Shown: positions 13,471 through 27,548 of the stretch, one piece after another | How positions within the stretch are numbered: the first letter of the stretch is position 1 | Layout: every line of letters begins with the position of its first letter | NCBI RefSeq assembly: GCF_009914755.1 | Contig: NC_060947.1 | DNA length: 64,000 nucleotides | DNA from: the human T2T-CHM13v2.0 reference genome, Homo sapiens | Direction: 5' to 3' (one strand) | Notes under the pieces: generated by a model | Databases searched by the model: none | What the model saw: only the letters and a program-made list of their open reading frames with translations | What the model was told of the DNA's origin: nothing | Made by a program: the position numbers and the translations under genes

Positions 13471-15369
13471 AAGCCATGTCCAAGTCCTCCCCCTTCCAAT
13501 TTTTTTATTTTCTCCATTAACTATTAATTTAATCCCCATCTCCCACAGAAAATCTGGGCCTGATTTCTTTTTTGGGACTGCAAGCATTTCACAGCAGCCA
13601 GAACATGTGGCTCCCCTATGGAGTTCATATTAGTGGGATTGACTTGTATTAGATTGTGGAAGATTCTCCTTCTCAATTACCATAGTTCTCAATTGCTATA
13701 AGTAGTATGATAATTAGGACATCACTACAAATACTGGAAATCATCAAGGCTGTAAGCTAAGTTTCTTCACAAATATTTCAAATAAATGTAAGTGATTCTC
13801 CAATCTTAAAATATTTGCCAACAATTAAAATGCACCTGAAAATTTGTAACTTGGCCTTAAAATCTACAATTGCTATAAATTCTTAATTTGCAAAGTTTGC
13901 AAAATGTAACCATATATTTATTTAGCAAAGCTACATTATGTGCAACATTAATATTAATAAAACAAGCCATCTCATTTGTCTTTATTAACAAGACTGTCAC
14001 TTCATAAGTTTTCAGCTAACATCCAATGACTTTTTATATTTGAATGCAAAAAAGACAAATTAAAATTCTTCATCCATTTCACTTCAGCTGGGGGAAATCG
14101 AGCAGAAAACACAGTGAGAACAAATGCCCTCTTGGAGCTGGGAACTTGAGTTAGTTTGATCAAGGTTGGATTTACCGGCATAGGACAAAGTTAAATCTTT
14201 ACAAGTTGCTTTAAAACTTTCTTAATCATAGAAGCCATAATGATTCAGGAAACCGTGATAGTAAAACTAACTAAATCTTTGCACCTCTTCAGACCACAAC
14301 TTTTATACCCAGAGACCTTTTAATTGACACAAATGATCAACAGAATTTTACTAGGCAACATATATAAATTTTATACAAATACAAGGTCAGTCTTACATGT
14401 AAGTAGGATAAACACCAATGTGATAAGACTTTAGAGTCATTAGACAACCTGTCTACCCAAAGTAAATAATGTTCCCCATGATTTTGCCATAATATCTGAG
14501 ATTTTATGGTGTCATTCCTTTGGGTTGAAACAATCCCTTCAGAAGGCTCTTATCAATACACTAATATGTTATCTCATTGGTACCAGTTGCTTTACCAGAT
14601 TATTGTGAAATTGGGCAAAATGGTGGAAAAATTTGGTGAGGGCAAAAGGAGATAAGGAAGGGAGAATCCAGGGTGGAAAATAGACTCTGGGGAGGGGGTT
14701 TAAGGATTTGAGGGTCAACGTTAAGAGCCATGGGATTAAAGACATGTGTCACTAACACACCTATATACAATTTGGTCATTTCCTCCTTCAGGCACCACCA
14801 TTTCCTCCTTTTATTTCTCTATTATAGCATGTATTATGTTTTATTGTTATTTAGGTATTTATCTACATTTCTAATTAAGTGCTAGGAAATATTCTAGGCA
14901 CTGGGCTTAGAACCACTTGTGTGTGTCAATAGAGGTATAAAGTTCAATTCATGAAGATGTTTCTGAGATAGAGAGAATTAAGGGTACATAAAGTGAAGGG
15001 TAGAGTAAATTTGCAGTTTCTCCTATTAATAAGGAAGACCTACTTAAATTCTAAGTTACTAGAATGCATATCTAGTGAGGTATAAGAAAAATTAAAGGGT
15101 TTAGGATTAACATGCAAGACTTCCCTTACTCACGGTTTGTTTTTGCCTCCCCAATGCCCCAAAACATGCTGTAATAAAATTTGGTTAATTTCTGGCCATT
15201 TCTTCAATATATTAAAATCTTGAATTCTGAGCCCACCTACCAAGAATATGACCATAGTCCCTAAAAATTTCCATTATCACCTCTCAGGTCCAATCTTTGG
15301 CTTTTTACTTAACAGAGATTCATTTTTTTCCACGTTTGTATTTTCTCAAAATAGTTGAAAGAAAAAATG

Positions 15370-15725
15370 TATAAGACACATATGAAATATACACACACAT
15401 ACAAATATACACACATGCATACATGTGTCTGTGTGTGTATATATATCTTATTTTTATACACACACGTGTGTGTATATATATCTAATTTATATATATCTTA
15501 TTTATATATACACACATATGTGTGTATATATATCACATATATGTGTGTATATATATCACATATATGTGTGTATACATATCTTATATACATACACACAGAC
15601 ACATGTATGCATATGTGTATACATGTGTGTATTTTATATATCTTATATATCTACATAAGTATAGTATATACCATACTATAGTATATATGTGTGGATATAT
15701 TGTACACACACACACAGACACACAG
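15370..15725. repeat. Degenerate (TA)n/(CA)n/(TG)n low-complexity tract
   Basis: About 350 bp of near-continuous purine-pyrimidine alternation; explains the Y/I/H/C/V-rich ORFs. Confidence 0.92.
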
Positions 15726-16249
15726 AGCATTTCATTTCCAGCTTCAGTTTTTCTGATCTTATTCCTATAAGCTGTCGCAGCTCTAATCACTGGTACACAC
15801 TTCACAGGAGTTTAAAAATTCTTTTCATGTTTTACTCAACATTACTTTTTAGTTATAAAAATTAGTTAAGCCATAATAGACTCTCTACTTAAATCTGCAA
15901 GACTCTAACCTTATAATTAGACTTCAAAATATACTTCTTCACTCCCACTAAACCTCAATAAGACCTCCAACCACATCCCTTGTCTCTGAGTTGCTAGTCC
16001 ATCAGTGTCTTCCTAACTTCCCTTATATGCCTACCTAACCCTCACTAGTGATCACAGGTCCCTACGCGGCTTACCTGGTACCACACCTGACCTGCCAATT
16101 CATAATCCTGCATCCATCCCTGCTTCATTTTATTTTTCTCTTCCTGCTGCTCACAAGCAGCCAAGAGCAAGAGAAAACCCTCATTATCTTGCTGATTGGT
16201 TACACCGCAGATTTATAAATGTTTTTTACACAAGTTGGTTCTCAAAAAA

Positions 16250-17930
16250 CTATCACTGGTGCTGATAAAGTATCAGCCTTACTTCACTTAGGCCAACTCA
16301 CTGTCATGGCCGCCAATGACTTTTTCTCTTATTCATAGAGAAATCAAGTCGTCATGTTTGAACTCTCAACTTCCCTTAACTATACCTTCAAAATCTATTT
16401 TCATTTATTCTTACTCCTTTTTCTTCGCATCAGAGGAAGAAATGTCCTCTTAATTTTTCAAGAATCTTTCTCACCTGTGTTTTTTACCCCCAGTCTGCGC
16501 TACTAGCCCGTAATGCCTCATCTGAAAACTTGCTGTATCAGTTATATTCCCTCTCACTATTCTCTCTCTTTGTATATATGTATATACATACTCCTTTCTC
16601 CTTTTCAATCTCCTTTGCTCTCTCTTTTCCCGCAGCATTCAATCTAAGTCTATTCTCTCTCAATTTTTCTCCCTTTCTTAATTTATCTCTCTTCTCATTC
16701 CTTCCATACCTGCTCATTCTTTTCTATCAGTTACCCAACAGCACTGGTTTTCCTGTAGTCCAATTATGACATCTGTAGTGCAACTACTTGATCCCTTTGT
16801 CTGCTTCTCTTTTTCTACCAGCTTCTTAAAACCCATCCCCCCTACACCGAGTTATTCCTTCTTCTCTGCTCTCTTCTTATTCTATATGCTTTCATTGAAC
16901 AATTGCACTCAGGTTCATGCTTTTAACTATCTCAGATATGGTGATGACCCTCAAGTCTGTCTCTAACTCTAATTCTCTCTTGAACTCAAGTTCCATAGTT
17001 CTAAATGTCTAACCTCTTACAGTAATCTTACAACAAACACTTCCAACATCACCTTTCCTAACCAAAGCTGTTCCTCCTTCTCCTGTGTTCCTGTTCGTAG
17101 TGGCTGGATCTAGAAGCCTTGGGATCATTCTTCTCTGTTGCTCCTTATTCTCCATATACAAGTGGTTACTAAAGTTCTGTCTAACATAACTAAGAAATAT
17201 GTCATCATTTCCATTTGCAATGCCCATGTCCTAATCCAGGCACTCATTGTCCATCACCTAAATAATTATAGTAAACTCCTAACTGGTTCCTTAATATCCC
17301 ACATCTTCTCCCTCCAACCCATCCTCAATACTGCTAACAGAATTTTCTCTCTAAATTAGAAACCAGATACTGTCAAACTCCTGCTTAAAACACTTCAGTG
17401 GTTCTCCTTTGCTGTCAGGATAAAATCCAAATTGATTAATAGGCATTCAAGGTTCTGTCTATCTTTCTAGTATCATATACTTTAAGTTGTCCCAATGCAA
17501 CTGATGCTCTAGCCACACTGGAACATATGACATGCATATCAAACAAGTCAAATATTTCCATGCCTTAGCTTATGCTCTGTCTGCAGTGTGGAATGGATGT
17601 TATCACCTCCAGCAATATACACTGCTACTTTTTTAACTGGCAAACTCCTCTCCATTTTTTAAGACCAGCTCAAGTGTCATCTTCTTTCTGGACAGCCTAC
17701 CCTGTATCACCATTAACAGAATTAACTTCCTCTATCTGCCATGGCACATTGTATTTATCTATACTATAGGTCTTGTTTCACCAGACCACAGTTATTTGTG
17801 TCTTCTTCTCTTCCAATAGATTGTTCTTTCCTGAGGATAGTAATGGCATCTCATCCATTTGCATCCCTAGTGCTCAGCACAGGGTATAGGAAATATTTCG
17901 TTCTTAATGAATTTTTAGGTAGTAAATGAA
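16250..17930 (+). mobile_element. Long L2 LINE relic (3' part)
   Basis: Pyrimidine-rich L2 motifs (ctcctaactggt, ctcctgcttaaaacacttcagtggttctcc, aggataaaatccaaa, ctctagccacactg) ending catccctagtgctcagcacag..aatgaa. Confidence 0.75.
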
Positions 17931-20063
17931 TTAACTAATATATTAAATTATTAAGGAAAATAATTCCATCCAATAGAGGATAAATTCTAATGCATTTTAA
18001 GTTTTATTAAATTAAGTATATATTTAAGGTATTGTACAATAATGCTACATAAAACATTTCCTATCCTTATCTGGGAAGAGATGGATATTGCGATCATTGA
18101 AAAAACTAAAAGTAGAGGAAGACAGGACCATTTTTTCACTTCAACAGTAAGAATACCCTGATAAAAGAAAAAATAAAATTAAGTACCTTCTATATGTAAG
18201 GCACTGAATTAGGATGACAGTGTGCAATGAAGGAATACAACACACAATCTAACCACAATGTGTATCTGTTAGTTTTTTAGTATCTACCCCTTCTAGGGTC
18301 CAACACAGGCAACGTTCTAATTTTGGAGCCTAATTAGACTATTGTTTCAGTAACCAACACATGCTTCTGGCATCAAAACAAGGGATTTTAGGATTTCTCC
18401 ATGAGTTATTGAAGGATAAGAGAATTAATGAGGATCACCACCAGCTAAACACTGCTATCAAGAAATGAAAGGAAGGAAAGAAGTAAAAAAGAATGAAGAA
18501 AAAAAGAAGGAAGAAAGGAAGATAATGGCAAGTCCAAAATGGTGGTTAGCTGTGAAATGGGACTTTTCACATTTCATACATGCAGACTACGCTTACATGA
18601 AGCCAGTTACTGTTTGATTTTTATTTTGATTTCCCCTTCTTAGCTGTTCTAAATAGACCTAATATATTGAAAAAGGTAGGGCTTAGTCAAAACTCACTGA
18701 GCTCACATTGTAATTGAAAATGCTAAGATAAATAAACCTAGTAGTTTATATTATTCAAGCAATTTTTTACAGTGATGACTAAACTCTGCCGAGCCTGCAA
18801 TTCCTTTCACGTGGCCTCTGTTGTGAGACAGCTGGCCTGGGTTAGAAGGCACAAACTGGTGACAAGACAAAGTAAAATGAGTGGCTCATTTGGGGGAATT
18901 CTAGTTTATTTGCTCCCAAAGCAACCAGTCACATACCATTAAACATACATGTGGCCATTAACCACCTCTCTTAGTGATACCTAACCTAAAATAAAATTAC
19001 AGTCTTCTGTTTTGTCCCTAAATATATCTTTAGACAAAAATTAAGTTCAAAGCTAGTTAGTATTTAAGTATGAAAATTATTTTAAAAAAGAAAGAGAAGA
19101 GCAAAGCTGGTAACATATTAAAAAGCTGCCCTTTATTCATAAAAGATTGGGTAAACAAGCTGCACAAGGCATCACAATAGATTTTAACCAGACATAATTT
19201 CTGGCAAAATTTGAGCAAGGATAAAACTTCTGTGTGATGAAAGTCTTTCTAAGAAAAATTGCTTCAGTGAGATCGTGATTCAATGTTTGACATTCCCTAT
19301 TGTTTTCTATTAAAAGGCTTTTAGCAGTTCTCAGCAGAAAGTCAAACCAGTTCATGCACCAATATTTATCACTTAAATGGCACAGTGAGGTTTATACAAA
19401 GTCAAAGTTATCTTTAAATAGAAAATCTGTCTGTATAATATTCCTGTGAATGTCAGGGGAAAAAAATCAAAATTCCAGTGGGCCTACAGATCTTGAAAAT
19501 GTATAATGCATCCCGAGCTTATAGCAGCGGTTATATTGAAAGGGTAAACTTAACAAATAAATCATCAGAACATGATATCTTACAAAGGAATGCTGGCTAA
19601 AAGTCCTTAGTAGAAAAGAAATACTCCCAAATATTAAAATAAAATATCTTTAATGTTTCCAAGAAAGTTACAAAGCAATTGAGGTATTTATCCAAAATAG
19701 TTTAGCATCACTGCTTTAAAAATAATGGCAAGTCAGCATAACATAACAGATCGGAGACCAGCGGAAAAAATGACACAGATGAACTGTTTGTGGTATATTA
19801 TAGATTATTGCTTTGTGAGAGAAAATGCTTGTAAAAGGGGCTTGGGTAAAGACATACGGATTATTTGGATATAATCATGTCACAATCATGGAAAATAGGT
19901 GAGACTATTTGTAACTCTTCAAATAATAGGAAGTATATGGAAGGTTATGAGTATAGTACATACAAACAGTATTACAAGCATTAATTGAAAATTGTGTATA
20001 TGGTTTACATTGAAAAATGATTGTATCTTTTCAGTGAAAGGCCAGGTCCTAGATATTCTAAGC

Positions 20064-20279
20064 CAGTAGATCTCAACTGGGGACAATTTTGCTCTCCAAC
20101 CCCAACTTTGGGGACATCTGTCAAAACTGGAGACATTTTTGATTGTCACAACTTGGGCAGGGGGTAGGACTGGCATGTAGTGAATGCTGCTAAATATCCT
20201 ACAATGCACAGGACAGACCCTCACAACAAAGAATTATCCAGCCCCAAATGTCAATAGTGTCTATGTGGGGAAACCTTGG
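20064..20279 (+). mobile_element. MER20 (hAT-Charlie DNA transposon)
   Basis: ctggagacatttttgattgtcacaact..tgctgctaaatatcctacaatgcacaggacag..acaacaaagaattatccagccccaaatgtcaatagtg. Confidence 0.92.
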
Positions 20280-20358
20280 CCTAAAGTGAATATATCGATA
20301 CTTCATAATAACTTTAGCTAAAATAGAGGGAAAAAATTCATAAAGAATATCATCTTGA

Positions 20359-20654
20359 GGCCTGAGCACGGTGGCTCATGCCTGTAATCCCAGTACTCTG
20401 GGAGGCTGAAGCTGGTGGATCTCTTACAGCCAGGAGTTTGAGACCAGCCTGGCCAACATGGCAAAATCCCATCTCTACTAAAACACAAAAATTAGCCAGG
20501 CATGGTGGTGCACACCTGTAATCCCAGCTACTCGGGAGGCTGAGGCACAAGAATATGTTGAACCCGGGAGGTGGAGGTTGCAGTGAGATTGCACCACTGA
20601 ACTCCAGCCTGGGTGACAAAGCAAGACTCTGTATCTTTAAAAAAAAAAAAAAAA
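20359..20654 (+). mobile_element. AluS (Sz-like), full length
   Basis: Dimeric Alu with A-tail; no TSD recognised. Confidence 0.94.
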
Positions 20655-22983
20655 TAGTGTGAATGTGTAAAGAAATGTGTATGTATGTGAATGTATGGGA
20701 GTTTAAGAAAGTAAGAGATGACTTGACCAAAACAGGTGTGGTTGAAAAGAAAAAATAATAAAAGTGACACATATGAAATATTACTTAATTGTCATAAAAC
20801 GAAAAGATATGAATTATAGAAATTTTGTTAATTTGGTCAAAATCAACACAGGCACTTAGATTCTCTGGTCACAGTATTCAGAGAAAGCATTCCTGTGTAA
20901 TAGAAGCCATCCTTCCATAGGGAAATTTCTAAGGGGAAAGCTATAGCCATACAGTTCTAGGAACATAAGGAACCAGATTTTCCTAAATAGTTTCTGCAAA
21001 CTATGACACTGGGAAGAAGGAAGCTTGTGACAACCAAGTTTATTGCCACACAAAAGTATCTTCAGAATTCAAAATGGATTAAATGGTCAAGAGGCTGGTT
21101 GATGTTATTGAAGAGGGCAATATGGCAAGCCTAATTCAAATCACACTTGCTGAAAGAGTTGCTTGAGAGAAGGGAGGAAAGAAAGGAAGACAGGACAATT
21201 AAATCAGTGATGGTACAAAGAATGGAGGTGTGTCTTTAAATCCCAAACATCCAATTTCTTTGTAAGCAAGCTGAGTCCCAAATGAAAAAGCAATTATGGG
21301 GCTAGAGTTCCCCAACTGCAGTTTTCTCACTGGAGGAACTGTCTTAGTAATATTCAGTTACCGCTTGTTTCAAGGAGAATGGAATCTGTCAGGAACTCAA
21401 GAGAGCTTGAGGTAAAAACTTTGTTTCCCCCAAGAAAGAGCTAAATGAAGGAAATCTAGTGCTTACGGACTGCCAACAAGTGTTCTCTTTCAATGTAGAA
21501 AAGGTAAAACCAGCAGAATTCTCTCCTTGAGTTTTAACCATCAGAATGTCCTTAAGACATATGACTTTGGGGGAGGGGAATTCTATTCAAAAGCAATTTC
21601 CAAAATCACTTACTTTTACCTGTAAAATGGAGATTTTTTTAAAAAATCACTTACTGCATTAATTATAGGCCTTTTTACAGTAATTAAGTCCTTTAAGAAA
21701 AGGGTCTTTTCCTCTTACACATGTAAACGTAAATAATCATCTGGATTAAAACAAAAACAAAAACAAAAACCTGACTAGCTTAAATTCCTCAGGCAATACT
21801 GCTGAAACAGAATTCAAAGTTATTTCTTTTTCTTTTCCTTTTCTTGATGGGTAATTACAGAAAGTTAATAATCAGCACAACTAAGGTTATTTTAATGCCA
21901 AACATAGTTGAATAAAAATAATCCCATCTAACATTTGTAGAGCTTTCACTTTCATAAAGTACTTCCTTACTGGAGTCCTCTTATACCAACTGCATAAAAC
22001 TGGGATTTTCAGATTAAGCTATTCTTTGACCCTTAGTTTCTCCCCTACTTTGCTACTGTGATTCTGAGAGGAAACAAATTGGGTGTTAAACGTAAGGCAA
22101 AAACTCACAGACAGCAATTCAGCATGAAAGTACTTCAAAAGGGAATACTTGGAAAGGATTTGAATGTAGAGCCTGAGCAGAGATGAATAATGCACACACA
22201 CGTTTCCCAGCAATGACACAGAAATCTCTTACATAGGACATCTGTCTCTGCACTTAATAGACCAGTTTGATTGTCATTTTCACTACATGTATGTTGTATC
22301 TACTATTGTTGAGTGGTATTTCTCCCATAAGCTAAAGCTGCATTTTAATCCTCAAGTCATCTTTTTAAGCATTAGTATTCTTAAGACACTGTGTGATAAA
22401 ATATAACATCATTTACAAAAAGAACAGCAGGATGTTTTTACTGCTTCATACATAACTCAATTGCAAACATGGAATTAATAAAAAGAAAATACAATCAATT
22501 AGTTAAATGTTACCTGATTCACTACCCAACTAGATTTACTATAGGACAAAGTAATTATCAAATCCCAGCTATGCCAGCATTTGGAGCCAATCTACACTAA
22601 AAAGAAAGGGCACTGGCATTACATTTTTTTAATTTACATATTTAAATTGGAGTCATAACCCTGGGGTTTGGGATAAGATTCTGAAGTCATCGAAGTCATG
22701 AGAAAGAGTAAGAGATGAAAACTAGTTAGAAAGTTTTCTGTTTGGCAAAGTTTCTGAGACGCAATTAAGAGTAAGCTAGATTTCAAAGTTGGAAGTTACA
22801 GCAAGAGTATAACCCAAACACCTTACCGTGTTAACAGACTTGAAAACTACTTTGAAAATTCCACAGAGGTCTGTTGCTCTGTTCACACAACAAATATCTA
22901 CCTTCCTCCCCTTAATATTATTATTAAAAGAAAAAGCAGACTCACCTAGAGTACTGTTTGTCCACATTTCTTAATGGACGTAG

Positions 22984-24410
22984 TGTGTCCGGAATTGGTG
23001 GGTTCTTGGTCTCACTGACTTCAAGAATGAAGCCACGGACCCTCGCGGTGAGTGTTACAGTTCTTAAAGGCGGCGTGTCCAGAGTTTGTTTCTTCTGATG
23101 TTCGGATGTGTTCCGAGTTTCTTCCTTCTGGGTGGGTTTGTGGTCTCGCTGGCTCAGGAGTGAAGCTGCAGACTTTCGCGGTGAGTGTTACAGCTCTTAA
23201 GGCGGCGTTTCTGGAGTTGTTCGTTCCTCCCGGTGGGTTCGTGGTCTCGCTGGCTTCAGGAGTGAAGCTGCAGACCTTCGCAGTGAGTGTTACAGCTCAT
23301 AAAGGCAGTGTGGACCCAAAGAGTGAGCAGCAGCAAGATTTATTGCAAAGCGAGAAAGAACAAAGCTCCCACAGCGTGGAAGGGGACCCAAGCGGGTTGC
23401 CACTGCTGGCTCGGGCAGCCTGCTTTTATTCTCTTACCTGGCCCCACCCACATCCTGCTGATTGGTAGAGCCCAGTGGTCTGTTTTGACAGGGCGCTGAT
23501 TGGTGCGTTTAAATAAATCCCTGAGCTAGACACAAAGGTTGTCCACGTCCCCACCAGATTAGCTAGATACACAGTGTCCACACAAAGGTTCTCCAAGGCC
23601 CCACCAGAGTAGCTAGATACAGAATGTCGATTGGTGCATTCACAAACCCTGAGCTAGACACAGGGTGCTGATTGGTGTGTTTACAAACCTTGAGCTAGAT
23701 ACGGAGTGCCTACTGGTGTATTTACAATCCTTGAGCTAGACATAAAGGTTCTCCAAGTCCCCACTAGACTCAGGAGCCCAGCTGGCTTCACCCAGTGGAT
23801 CTCGTACTGGGGCTGCAGGTGGAGCTGCCTGCCAGTCCCGTGCCGTGCGCCCACACTCCTCAGCCCTTGGGTGGTAGATGGGACTGGGCTCCGTGGAGCA
23901 GGGGGTGGCGCTCGTCGGGGAGACTCGGGCTGCACAGGAGCCCACGGAGGCGGGCGGGGGGAGGGAAGCTCAGGCATGGCGGGCTGCAGGTCCCGAGCCC
24001 TGCCCCGCTGGAAGGCAGCTAAGGCCTGGCGAGAAATCGAGCGCAGCACCGGTGGGCCGGCACTGCTGGGGGACCCAGCACACCCTCCGCAGCCACTGGC
24101 CCAGGTGCTAAGCCCTTCATTGCCCGGCCGGCCACTCCGAGTGTGGGGCAGCTGAGCCCACACCCACCCGGAACTCGTTCTGGCCCGCAAGCACTGCTGG
24201 CAGCCCGGGTTCCCGCCCATGCCTCTCCCTCCAAACCTCCCCGCAAGCTGAGGGAGCCGGCTCTGGCCTCGGCCAGCCCAGGAAGGGGCCCCCACAGTGC
24301 AGCGGCGGGCTGAAGGGCTCCTCAGGTGCCGCCAAAGTGGGAGCCCAGGCAAGGGAGGCGCCGAGAGCGAGCGAGGGCTGTGAGGACTGCCAGCACGCTG
24401 TCACCTCTCA
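22984..24410 (-). mobile_element. LTR12C-type (ERV9/HERV9) solo LTR, complete
   Basis: Minus strand starts tgagaggtgacagcgtgctggcagtcctcacagccctcgc and ends aagaacccaccaattccggacaca (TG..CA); 4-bp TSD GTAG at 22980-22983 and 24411-24414; GC-rich U3, ~40-bp CCAAT-bearing repeats, repeated U5 units. Confidence 0.96.
23420..23770 (-). promoter_or_regulatory. LTR12 U3 enhancer/promoter: CCAAT boxes and AATAAA TATA-like box
   Basis: ATTGG on + at about 23461, 23499, 23630 and 23671, mostly in gagctaga/gctagata repeats; gagaataaaagcagg on - near 23430. Function inferred from known ERV9 LTR architecture. Confidence 0.7.
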
Positions 24411-24640
24411 GTAGGAGCAAGAAGGAGACCACAAAAAAGTAGGAAATTAGTAGTTTTATGTAGGTTACAAACACCTTGAGGTCAGGGCCCCTGTATTTTT
24501 TTGTTTTGACAGTTTGGTATTTTAGGCAAGAAGCAGGCATAATCTACCACTAGTTGAGAAGACCTCCTGGTGAGGGCTTTTGTGAGATCATCTCTTTTGT
24601 AACCATCCGCAGGCCTCTAACTGCTATAAACATTTAGCAG

Positions 24641-25234
24641 TTTTTAAAAAGCTTTTATTTTGGGTTCAGGGGTACCTGTGTAGGTTTGTTATATGAGTAA
24701 ATTGTGTGTAATGGGGGTTTGCTGTACAGATTATTTTGTTACCCCGGTAATAAGCATAGTACCCAATAGGTAGTTTTTCAGTCCTCACACTCTTCCCACC
24801 CTCCACCCAAAGTAGACATTGGTGTCTGCTGTTCTCCTCTGTGTCCATGTGTATTCAGCGTTTAGCTTTAACTTATAAGTGAGAACATGTGGTATTTGGT
24901 TTTCTGTTCCTGCATTAGTTTGCTTAGGATAATGGCCTTCATCTGTATCCATACTGCTGCAAAGGACATGCTTTCATTCTTTTTTTATGGCTGTGCAGTA
25001 TTCAATAGTGTATATATACTACATTTTCTTTATCCAGTCCATCATGGATGGACATCTAGGTTGATTCTATGTCTTTACTATTGTGAATAGTGCTGCAATG
25101 AACATATGCATGCATGTGTCCTTATGGTAGAACGATTTATATTCCTTTAGGTATATACCCAATCATGAGTTCGCTGGATTGAATGGTAGTTCTATTTTAA
25201 GTTCTTTGAGAAATTGCCAAACTGCTTTCCACAA
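24641..25234 (-). mobile_element. Older primate L1 3' end (L1PA13-16-like), 5'-truncated
   Basis: ggttcaggggtacctgtgtaggtttgttatat..gcatagtacccaataggtagttttt..acttataagtgagaacatgtggtatttggttttctgttcctgcattagtttgcttaggataatggcc. Confidence 0.9.
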
Positions 25235-25314
25235 AAATGTTGGTTTTTGAATGCCTGGATAACTGAGTCTAAATGTTCAGCTCTCTACCGATTCTAGAGA
25301 TGGTAACTTTGCAT

Positions 25315-25420
25315 GAAACAAATATTTATTGAAGTATTATGTGCCAGGCACTGGCCTGGACAAAAGAGTGTAGCAGTAAACAAGACAAATGATGGCTCCT
25401 ATCCTCATGATGCATAGTCA
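25315..25420 (-). mobile_element. L2 3' fragment
   Basis: aacaaatatttattgaagtattatgtgccaggcactg. Confidence 0.7.
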
Positions 25421-25425
25421 GGTTC

Positions 25426-25601
25426 AGTGATTCTCAACTTTGGTTGCACATTAGAATCACCTGGGGGCCTTAAAAATGCTGATGCCTGGGCCCCATTCTG
25501 ACCAATTGCACCAGAATCTGTGAGAGAAAGAACTGGTTGTCTTTATTTTTTAAAACTCTCCCTAGCTGATCTTAATATGCAGCCAGAGTTGAAAATAACT
25601 G
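25426..25601. mobile_element. MER5-family hAT-Charlie element
   Basis: cagtgattctcaactttggttgcacattagaatcacctggg ... gatcttaatatgcagccagagttgaaaataactg (imperfect TIRs). Confidence 0.8.
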
Positions 25602-26500
25602 GTCTAGCAGATCATTTTTACTTAATTACGTAAAAGATGATTCCATAGTCATACATGTAGACATAAGTTGTTTGCCTCCTGTAAGAAGCTCTGGGACAGT
25701 TTTCTGCTTCTGCTTCTGTTTAACTAGATTGATGTGTCAATCACCCCAATATGCAATATAGCTTGAAAATACAAGTGTCAGCACCGAGTTACTACCTAAG
25801 TGCTCAGTACAATGCTGCATGCAGATAGACATTTACACATTACATATGCTTTTGTATCCATCGACTGATACCATATTTTGTTACTGTTATGGATCCTGGA
25901 GCACTATACACTATGCATGTGTAATAAAACTTGATGATGATTGGTTTCTCTGGGAGCAATTTCCAAGAATGGCCGATCTCCCAATAAGTCGATGTGGTGG
26001 GAACGAACTAGCATGCCTCAATTTCCAAGTAACTTTGCATTATGAATTCAGCACTGATGGTCATGTTTAGAATGCATTCCTAAAGTGAATGGATTCAAAA
26101 CCAAGGTATAAAAAAGCATTCCTATTTTATTCAGAGCTTAATTAGAGTACAATTCATGGAAGAAAACATGGATATAACTAAGTATGTTTCCCAAAACACT
26201 TCACTTAAACACATACCCGAGCAATTATCTCTAAGTCAGGGGAAAAGTGTCATTATTTGAACAAACTCACTAGCTGTTAAAGTTAAAAAGGACTATTCAA
26301 TCTTCTTCAGTATTCCTAAAACCTGTCTTTCAAGCCAAATGTATATAGAAAATATCATACTAATATGAGGATAACTTTCTAATACACATAACCCTAACCT
26401 GAAAACAGAGACATCAAATTTATGGCGGAGAAGGAATATTTTTTGGATATGTTCTTACCTACATCCTGACATAGGTAATAAACAAATATATATATATTTA

Positions 26501-26832
<332 letters not shown>

Positions 26833-27348
26833 TCATGGTCCTTCCTAGTCAAGGTGGTCTTTATAGAAGTATCAAGGAGCATTCTGGAGCAGAGATACAG
26901 GGTCATGGTTATCCACATGATATCAATCAGAAAAATTTAGGGTTGTACCAAAGCATAGCCTTTTATAACATTAACATTCATGTCCCTCAAAGTAATTTTT
27001 GGGATGGTATACTAGTACTAACTAGATGCACATTTTAACTACTCTTGGGAGCCTGCAAAATACCAGTGTTTGGGTTCCACTCCCGGAGATGCTGATTTAA
27101 TAGATTCCCAAGAGAGAGCAAGGACCCATGTGGTATTAGTAGGCAAATTGCCCACCCACAGTTTTAAGACACTGACTAAATGGCTTCTAAGTTCCTTTTC
27201 ATTTATAAAATAAAATATGTTTATGAATCTAGAATTTTAAGATACCTGAAAAACATCCAACATAATATTGACAATGAAGAAAGAGGAAATGGTGGTTGGC
27301 TAGGCAAATAGCAGTGTCTGATAACAAAAAAAAAAACAAGTGCTTACT

Positions 27349-27548
27349 TAAAGAAGGTTAGAGTCAGCTTCCAGAGATCCAAGCTGTATAGCAGAGTAAA
27401 GGCAGAAACAGTCTAGCAGCACATGAAGAGGTGAGATTCTGAGACACAAAAGAGGTACAACTAACCAGTAGTAAACAGTCCAGTCAAAAAAGAAATTGGG
27501 TACTATAGCCCACAAATGGTCATGGAGGTCCACACAGCAGCTCTATGG
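27349..27548 (+). repeat. Copy 1 of a ~200-bp local duplication
   Basis: Aligns by eye at roughly 85-87% to 28153-28302 plus 28990-29037. Confidence 0.9.

Noticed and set aside
15355-15805. Four Y/I/H/C-rich ORFs
   Set aside because: Translations of dinucleotide low-complexity sequence.
23490-23770. Regularly spaced ~40-bp repeats resembling an array
   Set aside because: Standard LTR12 U3 enhancer repeats; no unique spacers or cas genes, and the DNA is eukaryotic.
23052-24540. Cluster of long overlapping ORFs (up to 223 aa)
   Set aside because: They lie in or start next to the GC-rich LTR12C, where stops are scarce; no recognisable domain.
25931-26060. C box (ATGATGA, 25934-25940) and D box (CTGA, ~26054): possible C/D snoRNA
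   Set aside because: No convincing terminal stem or rRNA antisense element; such motifs are frequent by chance.
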